Below, in pieces: positions 39,429-49,020 of a stretch of DNA of 64,000 nucleotides (its first letter is position 1; every line of letters starts with the position of its first letter). The translations under genes were made by a program, and so were the position numbers. The notes beneath the pieces were generated by a model. That model saw only the letters and a program-made list of their open reading frames with translations, was not told the DNA's origin and made no database searches. Origin of the DNA: an uncultured Alphaproteobacteria bacterium (lineage in GTDB: Bacteria; Pseudomonadota; Alphaproteobacteria; Bin65); assembly GCA_963730305.1 (NCBI GenBank), contig CAVSRB010000004.1, positions 1 to 64,000 on the forward strand. The letters are read 5' to 3'.

Positions 39429-39531
39429 AGGGCGATTCCCCCCGACTTCCCCGGATTCGAGGGTCGACCCTAGATCAATGTCGTTAACTACAAGTAAATT
39501 CGGCGTGCCCGTCAGGCACCTTTTGCCACCG

Positions 39532-40269
39532 TCAGTCGAGGCGCCGCGCGAGATAGTCGAACGTCGCGGCGACGATCTCGGGCTTCAACAGGAAGTCGTG
39601 CGCCTGGCGGCCGAATTCGGGGTCGACCGGCTTGATCGGCCCGACCGCCTCGGCGTCGAGCTGGAGCCGGGCCGCCCGCTCCATGAAATAGGCGAGATAG
39701 GTGGCCTCCTCGATGCCCGTCGCCGCGGTGAGCAACCCGTGGTGGGCGAGCAGGATCGCCCGCTTGCCGCCGAGCGCCTCGGCGATGATCCGGCCTTCCT
39801 CGTCGGCGATCGGCACACCCGGCCATTCGGGCAGCCAGGCGCAGTCGTCGTAGAGCATCATCGCGTCCATGTGGGCGGTGGCCAGCGGCCGGCCGGTCAT
39901 CGACAGCGCCGACGCCGCCGGCGGGTGGGTGTGGACGATGCAGGCGACGTCGGGCCGCGCCCGGTAGATCCAGGCATGGAAGCGCACCGCCGGGTTGGCG
40001 ATGCCGTCGCCCTCGACGGTGCGGATGTCGTCGTCGACCCGCAGCATCGTCTCGACGGTCGCCTCCTCGAAGCCCTGGCCGAGCGGCAGGGTCCAGTAGC
40101 CGCCGGCCGCGGCCCGCGCGGTGACCTGGCCGGCCAGCCCCGAGGCGTGGCCGTCGGCGGCGAGGATGCGCGCGGCCAGCGCCAGCGCCTCGCGCTGGTC
40201 GAGCGCCGGACGGCCGAGCCGGGCGGCGATCTCGTTCGACGCCCGGGTCCGGATGTCGTCGTCAGGCAT
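39532..40269 (-). CDS. Class II aldolase/adducin family protein, 245 aa
   Basis: CIVHTHPPAASALS ... LLAHHGLLT Zn-site context of class II aldolase fold. Confidence 0.8.
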   Translation of the reverse strand: MPDDDIRTRASNEIAARLGRPALDQREALALAARILAADGHASGLAGQVTARAAAGGYWTLPLGQGFEEATVETMLRVDDDIRTVEGDGIANPAVRFHAWIYRARPDVACIVHTHPPAASALSMTGRPLATAHMDAMMLYDDCAWLPEWPGVPIADEEGRIIAEALGGKRAILLAHHGLLTAATGIEEATYLAYFMERAARLQLDAEAVGPIKPVDPEFGRQAHDFLLKPEIVAATFDYLARRLD

Positions 40270-40419
40270 CGCGTTTCCCCCGGTCTCGCGCGGCGACGCG
40301 CCGCCTGTTGCATGGCGCGCCTTCGCCGGCCTTTGGCAACTTTACCTCCCGCCGATCCGCCTCTAAGGTTCGGCGAGACAGGCAGGTTTTACCAGATTGA
40401 CCATTCGGGAGGAATTACC

Positions 40420-41442
40420 ATGAAAATTCGTATGCTCGCCGCCGGTGCGGCGGTGGCTGCCGCGCTCGGCGCGACCCCCGCGAACGCGGTGACGACGCTG
40501 ACCTACGCGTCGTGGGTTCCGTGGACGCACCCGATCAACGTCAATCTCTACATCCCGTGGATGAACGCCATCGAGAAGGCGTCCAAGGGCGAGGTCAAGT
40601 TCCGCCGGCTGCCCAAGAGCATCGGTCATCCGCGCGCCTATCTCGACGCGGTGCGGACCGACCAGATCGACGCCGGCTTCAGCGTCCACGGCTATTCGCC
40701 CAAGCGCTTCGCCGTCTACCTGTTCGCCGAGCTGCCGTTCGCCGGCGACCGGGCGGTCGCCTCGTCGGTCGCGCTCCAGCGCACCCACGAGAAGTTCTTC
40801 GCCGACAAGAACTACTACCCGGGCACCAAGCTGATCGGCATGAACACCCATGGCCCGGGCCTGTTCCACCACCATTCCAAGTTCATCAAGTCGCCGGCCG
40901 ACATGAAGGGCCAGAAGATCCGCACCGGCGGGCCGATCCCGCGCCGGATCATCGAGTCCTGGGGCGGCGTCTCGATCCGGGCACCCGCGCCCAAGTCCTA
41001 CGAGATCCTGTCGGCCGGAATCGCCGACGGCATCACCTTCCCCTGGGAATCGCTGGTCAGCTTCAAGATCCTGAAGCTGGTCACCTACTCGACCTACATT
41101 CCGGGCGGCCTCTACAGCTCGAGCCATTACCTGGTCATGAACAAGAAGAAGTACGACTCGCTGTCGCCGGCCGGCAAGAAGGCGGTCGACATGTATTCGG
41201 GCCAGAACTTCGCGCGCATGGCGGGCAAGGCCTGGGACAAGATCAACGACGCCGGCAAGGCCGCCGCGATCAAGAACGGCAACCACATCATGACCGCGCC
41301 GAAGTCGCTGGTCGATGCGGTCAAGAAGCTGAACGTCAAGTTCGAGGCCGAGTATATCGCCGGCGCCAAGGCCAAGGGCGTCGACGGCGCCGTGGTGCTC
41401 AAGTACTACCGCGGCGAGGTCGCCAAGTTGCAGGCGAAGTAG
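40420..41442 (+). CDS. TRAP transporter substrate-binding protein, 340 aa
   Basis: Signal peptide (ANA/VT), TRAP SBP fold sequence; GGGAGGAA RBS; paralogue of next gene. Confidence 0.8.
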   Translation: MKIRMLAAGAAVAAALGATPANAVTTLTYASWVPWTHPINVNLYIPWMNAIEKASKGEVKFRRLPKSIGHPRAYLDAVRTDQIDAGFSVHGYSPKRFAVYLFAELPFAGDRAVASSVALQRTHEKFFADKNYYPGTKLIGMNTHGPGLFHHHSKFIKSPADMKGQKIRTGGPIPRRIIESWGGVSIRAPAPKSYEILSAGIADGITFPWESLVSFKILKLVTYSTYIPGGLYSSSHYLVMNKKKYDSLSPAGKKAVDMYSGQNFARMAGKAWDKINDAGKAAAIKNGNHIMTAPKSLVDAVKKLNVKFEAEYIAGAKAKGVDGAVVLKYYRGEVAKLQAK

Positions 41443-41641
41443 CCTGTCTCCATTCTGGGTTGAGAGGGCCGGCAGCCACCGCTGCCGGCCCTTTTTCTCG
41501 TCCGGCGCGCGCCCCGCCTGCGACCGAATGTCGGCCCCGGCGGATCCCCTGCGGTGCAACTTTACCGACCGTAAATATTTCTCTAAGGTCTTGCGCTTCC
41601 GCGCTGCGTGGACGCGCGTGGAAGACATAGGGAGGATAATC

Positions 41642-42664
41642 ATGAGAAAAGTACTCGTAGCAGCCGGCGCCTTTGCCGTGCTGTCGGCCGGCGCCATGCC
41701 GGCCACCGCAGCAACCACTTTCACCTACGCGTCGTGGGTGCCGCTGACGCACCCGATCAACATCTATCTCTACAAGCCTTGGATGAAGGCTGTGGAGAAG
41801 GCGTCGAAGGGCGAGATCAAGTTCCGCATCCTGCCCAAGAGCATCGGCCATCCGCGCGCCTACCTCGACGCGGTGCGCACCGGCCAGATCGACGCGGGCT
41901 TCGGCGTGTTCGGCTACTCGCCGAAACGCTTCGCGTCCTACCATTTCGCCGACCTTCCGGGCGCCGGCGACAATGCGGTGGCGGGGTCGGTCGCGCTTCA
42001 GCGGACCCAGGACAAGTTCCTCGCCAAGAAGAACTTCTTCGCGGGCACCAAGCTGGTCGGGCTCAACACGCACGGTCCGGGCCTGATCTTCACCCGCAAG
42101 GGCTTCATCAAGAAGCCGTCCGACATGAAGGGTCTGAAGATTCGCACCGGCGGGCCGATCCCGCGGCGGATCGTCGAGGCCTGGGGCGGCGTCTCGATCC
42201 GGGCGCCCGCGCCGAAGTCCTACGAGATCCTGTCGACCGGCATCGCCGACGGCATCACCTTCCCGTGGGAGTCGCTGGTCAGCTTCAAGATCACCAACCT
42301 CGTCACCTACGCGACCTACATCCCCGGCGGCCTGTACAGCTCGGGCTTCTTCTTCGTGATCTCCAAGAAGAAGTATGACGGCCTGTCGCCGGCGGCCAAG
42401 AAGGCGGTCGACAAGTATTCGGACGAGGCCTACGCGCGCATGGCCGGCAAGGCGTGGGACTATGACAACCACCTCGGCATCACCGCGGCCAAGAAGAACC
42501 ACAACCACATCATGACCGCGCCCAAGGCGGTGATCGATGCGGTCGCCAAGATCAACAAGACGTTCGAGGCGGAGTACGTCGCCGCCGCCAAGAAGCAGGG
42601 GGTCGACGGCGCCGCGGTGCTCAAGTATTTCCGCGCCGAAGTCGCCAAGCTGCAAGGCAAGTAA
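41642..42664 (+). CDS. TRAP transporter substrate-binding protein (paralogue, ~70% identical), 340 aa
   Basis: Colinear with 40420..41442 (TFTYASWVPLTHPINIYLYKPWMKAVEKASKGEIKFR...). Confidence 0.8.
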   Translation: MRKVLVAAGAFAVLSAGAMPATAATTFTYASWVPLTHPINIYLYKPWMKAVEKASKGEIKFRILPKSIGHPRAYLDAVRTGQIDAGFGVFGYSPKRFASYHFADLPGAGDNAVAGSVALQRTQDKFLAKKNFFAGTKLVGLNTHGPGLIFTRKGFIKKPSDMKGLKIRTGGPIPRRIVEAWGGVSIRAPAPKSYEILSTGIADGITFPWESLVSFKITNLVTYATYIPGGLYSSGFFFVISKKKYDGLSPAAKKAVDKYSDEAYARMAGKAWDYDNHLGITAAKKNHNHIMTAPKAVIDAVAKINKTFEAEYVAAAKKQGVDGAAVLKYFRAEVAKLQGK

Positions 42665-42667
42665 GGC

Positions 42668-43225
42668 GTGGCCGCCGACACAGACGCCGTGGCAGGCGGC
42701 CATCGTAAAGCGTTAGCGTTCTGGCTCGGCACGGTTCCGAGCCGGGCGCTGGCGCTGATTTCCTGTCTGATTCTGTTCTTGATGATGGCGTTGACCTTCG
42801 TGGACGTCGGGGGGCGCTACCTGTTCACCAGTCCGCTGCCGGCGCTCGCGGAGATCATCTCGTTCATGATGGCGGGTCTGGTCTTCGGCGCGCTGCCGAT
42901 GGTGTGCTTCTACGAAGGCCACGTGACCATCGACCTGTTCGACAGCTTCGTGCCGAAGCGGCTGAAGCGGTGGCAGGGGGTGGCGGTCAACGTGGTCTCG
43001 GCGGCCGCCATGGTGTTCATCGCCTGGCGCTTGTGGGACAAGTCGATGGACCATCTGACCTATGGCCAGGCCACCGACGAGCTGCTGCTGCCGCTGTGGC
43101 CGTTCAGCATGGGCATGGCGATCCTGTCCGTGGTCGCCGCGATCGCCCAGTTCGCCGCCGCCGGGGCCTATTTGATCGGCGTCCGTGACGATCCGGCCGT
43201 CGCCGCTGCCGGGAGAGCTACGTGA
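42668..43225 (+). CDS. dctQ: TRAP transporter small permease (DctQ family), 185 aa, GTG start
   Basis: 4-TM DctQ-like; GTGA overlap with dctM start. Confidence 0.7.
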   Translation: MAADTDAVAGGHRKALAFWLGTVPSRALALISCLILFLMMALTFVDVGGRYLFTSPLPALAEIISFMMAGLVFGALPMVCFYEGHVTIDLFDSFVPKRLKRWQGVAVNVVSAAAMVFIAWRLWDKSMDHLTYGQATDELLLPLWPFSMGMAILSVVAAIAQFAAAGAYLIGVRDDPAVAAAGRAT

Positions 43226-44991
43226 CCGACGCGCTTGTGGGCTTCGCGGCCCTCCTGTTCCTCTCCTTCCTGCGCGTGCCGATCGCCTTCTCGATGATCA
43301 TCGTCGGGTTCGCGGGCATGTGGGTCGCCAACAACCTGGGCGGCGCGCTGGCCAACGTCGGCCAGACCGCGTTCGACGCCGCGATCAGCTACGAGCTGTC
43401 GGTGGTGCCGCTGTTCGTGCTGATGGGCAACTTCGTGACCCGGGCGCGGCTGTCGGAGGAGCTCTACGCCGCATCCAACGCCTTCCTCGGCCACCGCAAG
43501 GGCGGGCTGGCGATGGCGACCATCGTCGCGTGCGGCGGCTTCGCCGCGGTGTGCGGCTCGTCGCTGGCGACGGCGGCGACCATGTCCAAGGTGGCGATGC
43601 CGTCGATGCGCCGCTACGGCTACGACGACGGCCTGGCCGCGGGCGCGATCGCCGCGGGCGGCACGCTCGGCATCCTGATCCCGCCCAGCGTGCTGCTGGT
43701 GATCTACGGCATCCTGACCCAGACCAACATCGGCAAGCTGTTCATGGCCGGCATCCTTCCCGGCATGGTCGGCGTGTTCTTCTACATGCTGGCGGTGCAG
43801 GTGGTGATCACGCTGTGGCCGGACCTGGGGCCGCGCGGCGAGAAGACCGACTGGGCCGGCCGGCTCAAGGCGCTGCGCGGCGTGTGGGGCGTGCTGCTGT
43901 TGTTCGCCATCGTCATGGGCGGCATCTACGGCGGCGTGTTCACCGCGACCGAGGCGGCGGGCATCGGCGCGGTCGGCTCGTTCCTGTTCTTCCTCGCCCG
44001 CCAGGAGACCGGCCGCCGGCTGGTCGACCATGTCGCCGTGGCGTCGACCGCCGGCACGATCGTGCTCGCGGCGCTGCTGGTGTTCCAGTGGGTGACCGGC
44101 GTCCTCGACACCCTGTTCGTGATCCGCCTCGCGGTCACCGCCGTGATCGTCACGGCGGCGCCGGTGGTGCTCTACCTCTACGTCGCCGGTCGCCCGGCGG
44201 CGGACGCGGCGGCCGACGCGTCGGGGCGCGTGACCCGGACGCTGGCCGCGTGGCGCGGGCGGATCGCCGCCCCCGGCGTCAGGCTCGGTTTGATCCTGAT
44301 CGCCGCCGCGCTCTTGCTGTCCTGGGGCGGCAGTGCGATGGGCGCCGCGATGGGCGCCCCGGGCGCGGCCGGGCTGGCGCCGTTCCTGCGCAGCAGCGGG
44401 GTCTATATCGCGGCGATCGTGATCATCGCCGGGCTGGTCGGCCGGCTGCTGATCGTGACCAAGACCTGGGGCACGCTCTACGACACGCTGTTCGAGAGCG
44501 CGACCACGACGGCGATGCTGTTCACGGTGCTGATCGGCGCCTTGCTGTTCGCCAACTTCGTCAACTTCACGACCTTCCCCCAGTCGCTGCTCGGCATCGC
44601 CGAGACCTTCAAGGAGAGCCCCTGGCTGGTCCTGATCGCGATCCTGGTCATCTACATCCTGCTCGGCTGCGTGTTCGAGAGCCTGTCGATGATCCTGCTG
44701 ACCGTGCCGATCTTCTTCCCGCTGATCAAGCAGCTCGGCCCGGGCTTCGGCCTCGGCCCGGAGGAGGTCTCGATCTGGTTCGGCATCGTCGTCGTGGTGA
44801 TCACCGAGATCAGCCTGATCACGCCACCGGTAGGGCTGAACGTGTTCGTCCTCCGCGGCGTCCTCCCGGACGTCCGAACCTCCACCATCTTCCGCGGAGT
44901 CACCGCATACTGGATCGCCGACCTGTTCCGGTTGTCGGTCATCGTCGCCTTCCCGATCCTGTCGCTGTTCCTGCCGCAGTTCGTCAAGTGA
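43222..44991 (+). CDS. dctM: TRAP transporter large permease (DctM family), unusually long (589 aa) with Ala/Arg-rich central insertion
   Basis: DctM N- and C-terminal halves conserved; ~150-aa insert (…VAGRPAADAAADASGRVTRTLAAWRGRIAAPGVRLG…) between them. Confidence 0.8.
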   Translation: MTDALVGFAALLFLSFLRVPIAFSMIIVGFAGMWVANNLGGALANVGQTAFDAAISYELSVVPLFVLMGNFVTRARLSEELYAASNAFLGHRKGGLAMATIVACGGFAAVCGSSLATAATMSKVAMPSMRRYGYDDGLAAGAIAAGGTLGILIPPSVLLVIYGILTQTNIGKLFMAGILPGMVGVFFYMLAVQVVITLWPDLGPRGEKTDWAGRLKALRGVWGVLLLFAIVMGGIYGGVFTATEAAGIGAVGSFLFFLARQETGRRLVDHVAVASTAGTIVLAALLVFQWVTGVLDTLFVIRLAVTAVIVTAAPVVLYLYVAGRPAADAAADASGRVTRTLAAWRGRIAAPGVRLGLILIAAALLLSWGGSAMGAAMGAPGAAGLAPFLRSSGVYIAAIVIIAGLVGRLLIVTKTWGTLYDTLFESATTTAMLFTVLIGALLFANFVNFTTFPQSLLGIAETFKESPWLVLIAILVIYILLGCVFESLSMILLTVPIFFPLIKQLGPGFGLGPEEVSIWFGIVVVVITEISLITPPVGLNVFVLRGVLPDVRTSTIFRGVTAYWIADLFRLSVIVAFPILSLFLPQFVK

Positions 44992-45148
44992 CGGGTCGAT
45001 AGATTGCGCCGGGCGGCAGCCCGGCGCGCAACGCAAGAGGCGGGCCCGGGTCCGCCTCTTGTCATTCGGGGCCGGCTGCGGGCACCATGCCGCCGACTTC
45101 CGGCCCTAACCCAGCCCCGGCCGCGGCCGACCGCAACAGGAGGATCCC

Positions 45149-46876
45149 ATGCCCGACGACAGCCGCGCGCGCACCAACCGGCCCAAATACCGCTCGCGCA
45201 TCACCACCGACGGCATGGACCGGGTCGCGCACCGGGCCTTCATGCGCGCCATGGGGCTCGACGACGAGGCGATCGCCCGGCCGATGATCGGCGTGGTCAC
45301 CACCGACGGCGAGACCACGCCCTGCAACATGGGCCTGTCGGACCAGGCCGCCCACGCCTACCGCGGCATCGCCGAGGCCGGCGGCACGCCGCGGGAATTC
45401 ACGACGGTGTCCGTGTCCGACGGCATCTCGATGCAGCACCAGGGCATGAAGTTCTCGCTGGTGACCCGCGAGATCATCGCCGACAGCGTCGAGGCGGTCG
45501 TCCGCGGCCACGTCTACGACGCGCTGATCGGCTTCGCCGGCTGCGACAAGACCCTGCCCGGCCTGATGATGGCGATGGTGCGGCTGAACGTGCCCGCGGT
45601 CTTCGTCTACGGCGGCGCGATGCTGCCGGGCAATCGGGACGGCAAGGACGTCACGGTGCTGACCGCCTACGAGGGCATCGGCAGCGTCATGGCCGGCACG
45701 ATGGACCAGGACGAGGTCGACGCCCTGGAGCTGGTCTGCGCGCCGACCATCGGCGCCTGCCCGGGCCAGTTCACCGCCAACACGATGGGCATGGTCTCCG
45801 AGGCGCTGGGCCTGGCCCCGCTCGGCTCGTCGATGATCCCGGCGGTCTATTCGGAGCGCGTCGGGGTCGCGCGCAAGGCCGGCCAGACCCTGATGGCGGC
45901 GCTGGAGAATGGCGGGCCGCTGCCGCGCGACCTGGTCACGCCGGTGAGCCTCGCCAACGCCGCCGCCGTGGTCGCGGCGACCGGCGGATCGACCAACGCG
46001 GCGATGCACCTGCCCGCGATCGCGCACGAGGCCGGCATCGACTTCGACATGGCCGCGGTCGCCGAGGTCTTCGACCGCACCCCGCTGGTCGCCGACCTGC
46101 AGCCGGGCGGCCGCTTCCTGGCCCGGGACGTCCACGCCATCGGCGGCGCGCCGGTGATCTTCAAGCTGCTGATGGAGCTCGGCTGCTTCGACGGCGCGGC
46201 GCTGACCGTCACCGGCGAGACCATGGCCGACGCGCTGAAGGCCTTCCCCGATCCCGACGGCGAGGTGGTGCGCAAGAAGGACAACGTGATCTCGCCCGAC
46301 GGCGGCGTGGTCGTGTTGAAGGGCAACCTGTGCCCCGACGGCGCGCTGCTCAAGGTCGCCGGCCTCAAGTCGCTCACCTTCAAGGGCCCGGCCCGGGTGT
46401 TCGACAACGAGGAGGACTGCAACAGGGTCGTCCAGGCCCAGGACTACCAGGCCGGCGAGGTCATCGTCATCCGCTACGAGGGCCCGCAGGGCGGCCCGGG
46501 CATGCGCGAGATGCTGGGCACGACGGCGCTGATCTACGGCCAGGGCATGGGCGAGCAGGTCGCGCTGCTGACCGACGGCCGCTTCTCGGGCGCGACCCGC
46601 GGCATGATGATCGGCTACGCCAGCCCCGAGGCCGCCACCGGCGGCCCGCTCGCGCTGATCGAGAACGGCGACGTCATCGAGATCGACGCCAAGGCGCGCA
46701 AGATCTCGGTCGAGCTGTCGGACGAAGAGCTGGCGGCGCCGGCGCGCGGCCTGGAAGGCGCCCGACCCGCGCCACCTCGGCGGCGCGCTGGAGAAGTATG
46801 CCCGGCTGGTCGGCCCGGCGAACAAGGGCGCGGTGACGCATTCGGGCAATGTGGAGTGGGAGGTGGAGGAGCACTA
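45149..46876 (+). pseudogene. IlvD/EDD-family dehydratase (sugar-acid/dihydroxy-acid dehydratase), ~575 aa, -1 frameshift at ~46745 truncating the conserved C-terminus
   Basis: [11 protein letters not shown]-terminus, Fe-S ligands (CDK...CPG...), AGGAGG RBS; conserved tail [41 protein letters not shown] is readable in another frame ending TAG at 46874-46876. Confidence 0.8.
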
Positions 46877-46947
46877 GGCTCCCGCTTCCCGACGGGCATA
46901 GCGACGGTTGCCGCCCGCCACCAGCCGGCGAGACTCTTGAGGAAGAC

Positions 46948-47640
46948 ATGACGAGTGCCGAAGGCGCCCTGGTGCTGTTCTCCGGGGGCCAGGATTCGAC
47001 GACCTGCCTCGCCTGGGCGCTCGACCGGTTCGAGCGAGTGGAGACCGTGGGCTTCGCCTATGGCCAGCGCCACCTGGTCGAGATGGACTGCCGGCCGCCG
47101 CTGCTGGAACGCCTCGCCGCGCTGCGGCCCGACTGGCGCGCGCGGCTCGGGCCGGACGAGGTGATCGACCTGTCGGCCCTGGGCGCGGTGTCGGAGACGG
47201 CGCTGACCCGCGAGGTCGCGATCGAGATGGGCGCGGAGGGGCTGCCCAACACGTTCGTGCCGGGGCGCAACCTGGTCTTCCTGACCTTCGCCGCGGCGCT
47301 CGCCTACCGGCGCGGGCTGCGCCACCTCGTCGCCGGCATGTGCGAAACCGACTATTCCGGCTATCCGGATTGCCGCGACGACACGATCAAGGCGCTGCAG
47401 GTCGCGCTCAACCTCGGCATGGAGCGGCGCTTCGTCGTCCACACCCCGCTGATGTGGATCGACAAGGCCGAGACGTGGCGGCTGGCCGCGGCGCTGGGCG
47501 GCGACCGGCTGGTCCGGCTGATCGTCGAGGATACCCATAGCTGCTATCTCGGCGACCGCGGCACGCGGCACGACTGGGGCTTCGGCTGCGGCGACTGCCC
47601 CGCCTGCGCGCTTCGCGCCGAGGGCTACCGACGCTTCATA
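46948..47640 (+). CDS. queC: 7-cyano-7-deazaguanine synthase QueC (~231 aa); C-terminal end uncertain (annotated to out-of-frame TAG at 47638-47640, i.e. assumes a terminal frameshift; called ORF has no stop until 47844)
   Basis: PP-loop [18 protein letters not shown], Zn-binding [10 protein letters not shown]; frame stays open through shadow of the convergent cupin gene, suggesting terminal frameshift or lost stop. Confidence 0.75.
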
Positions 47641-48197
47641 GCGGATCCGGCAGCGCCCGGCGGCCAGCTCACGCCCCCCCTCCGCGCCCCGTCGACCAGG
47701 ATGAAGGCGATCCGGCACACCTGCGTCCCGCGGTTCGACCAGGCGTGGTTGGTGCCGCGCTGGACGACCGTGTCGCCGGCCTTCAGGAGATACTCCTCCT
47801 CGTCGAGCAGCAGCCAGATCTCGCCGTCGAGGATCACCGCGTAGTCGACCGTCTCGGTCCGGTGCATCATCGGGTGGCGGGCGTTTTCGACGATGGCGTC
47901 GGCGGCGCCCATGTGCTCGAAGGCGGCGCGGCCGTCGACGGCGTCGAGCTGCGCCGGGTCCTCGGGCGCGAACTCGACGATGCGGAAGACGGTGCCGTTC
48001 GCGGGCGGCTGGAGCGGCATCGGGCCGTCGACCGTTTCTTCGGGCCCGTCGATCGGGGCGGGGGTCGCATGCGTCCGCCACAGGTTGGTGACCGCGGCGT
48101 CGGGGCCTTCGTTGACCCGTGCAGTGCCGTCGGACACGCAGACCGCCTTGCCGTTCGCGTCGTGCCCGGTGACCAGGCGGCGGACGGGCTTCGCCAT
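47625..48197 (-). CDS. Cupin domain protein, 190 aa (copy 1 of tandem pair)
   Basis: [19 protein letters not shown]... cupin barrel; ~75% identical to 48432..48965. Confidence 0.75.
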   Translation of the reverse strand: MAKPVRRLVTGHDANGKAVCVSDGTARVNEGPDAAVTNLWRTHATPAPIDGPEETVDGPMPLQPPANGTVFRIVEFAPEDPAQLDAVDGRAAFEHMGAADAIVENARHPMMHRTETVDYAVILDGEIWLLLDEEEYLLKAGDTVVQRGTNHAWSNRGTQVCRIAFILVDGARRGGVSWPPGAAGSAMKRR

Positions 48198-48259
48198 GAT
48201 CTTCTCCCCTCGTGCTGTCTCGGGCGGATGATAGCAGCGCTCGGAGGGAGCGTGTCACC

Positions 48260-48396
48260 CGTCATCGCATCCTTCGAGGCCGCCTTGCGGCGGCACCTCA
48301 GGATGAGCCTGAGTGTAACGGCGGTGGAGACCGAGACGTCGTCCTCGAGCTCATCCTGAGGCGCTCGCGACGCGAGCCTCGAAGGATGCGATGACG
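48260..48396. repeat. 137-nt palindromic intergenic element (21-bp perfect terminal inverted repeats CGTCATCGCATCCTTCGAGGC / GCCTCGAAGGATGCGATGACG plus inner IR CCTCAGGATGAGC / GCTCATCCTGAGG)
   Basis: Directly read; diverged second copy at ~49021..49131 upstream of the paralogous cupin gene. Confidence 0.7.
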
Positions 48397-48431
48397 GGCG
48401 GGGTGACCGCGGCCGAGAAGGCGCGGCGCGC

Positions 48432-48965
48432 CTACCCCCGTTCCCCGTCGACCAGGATGAAGGCGATCCGGCACAGCGCGGTCCCGCGGTTGGACCAGGC
48501 GTGGTTGGTGCCGCGCTGGACCACGGTGTCTCCCGCCTTCATCAGGTATTCGGTGTCGTCGAGCAGCAGGTAGATCTCGCCTTCGAGGATGACCGCGTAG
48601 TCCACCGTCTCGGTCTTGTGCATGAACGGGTGGCGGGCGTTCTCGTCGATGGCGTCGGCGGCGCCCATGTCGGCGAAGGCCGCGCGGCCGTCGAGCGTCT
48701 CGAGCTGCTCGGGGTCCTCGGGCGCGAACTCGACGATGCGGAAGATCGTGCCGTTCTTCGGCGGGTGCAGGATCAGCGGACCGTCGACCGTCTCCGTCGG
48801 CCCGTCGATCGGCGCGGGGGTGACCTCGGTCTGCCACAGGTTGGTCAGGGCGACGCCGGGCCGCGCCGGGCGTTCGAGGATGTTGGTCGCGACCCCGTCG
48901 GAGACGCAGATCGCCTTGCCGTTCGCGTCGTGCCCGGTGACGAGGCGGCGGATCGGTTTCGCCAT
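48432..48965 (-). CDS. Cupin domain protein, 177 aa (copy 2 of tandem pair)
   Basis: [19 protein letters not shown]...; 60-codon N-terminal extension of ORF is read-through of the palindromic element and rejected. Confidence 0.75.
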   Translation of the reverse strand: MAKPIRRLVTGHDANGKAICVSDGVATNILERPARPGVALTNLWQTEVTPAPIDGPTETVDGPLILHPPKNGTIFRIVEFAPEDPEQLETLDGRAAFADMGAADAIDENARHPFMHKTETVDYAVILEGEIYLLLDDTEYLMKAGDTVVQRGTNHAWSNRGTALCRIAFILVDGERG

Positions 48966-49020
48966 GGTGGTCCTCCCCCAGCTGGTTGTCGTCGGGATGA
49001 TAGCGGGGGGTGCGCGGCGT

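Noticed and set aside
39478-40419. Long plus-strand ORF 39478..41442 start and hairpin GTGCC-CGTCA-GGCAC + CTTTTG at ~39498..39520 as a terminator
   Set aside because: N-terminal 314 codons are antisense to the aldolase gene. The real SBP starts at 40420. The hairpin is short with a weak T-run and no upstream plus-strand gene to terminate; left uncalled.
43168-46849. Minus-strand 622-aa and 595-aa ORFs opposite dctM and the IlvD/EDD dehydratase
   Set aside because: Antisense, low-complexity (Arg/Asp/His/Gly), no motifs.
47641-47844. C-terminal extension of queC ORF and small plus-strand ORFs 48212..48394 / 48391..48573
   Set aside because: They are mirror-image translations of the tandem cupin genes and of the palindromic elements (palindromes read similarly on both strands). 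Not independent genes.
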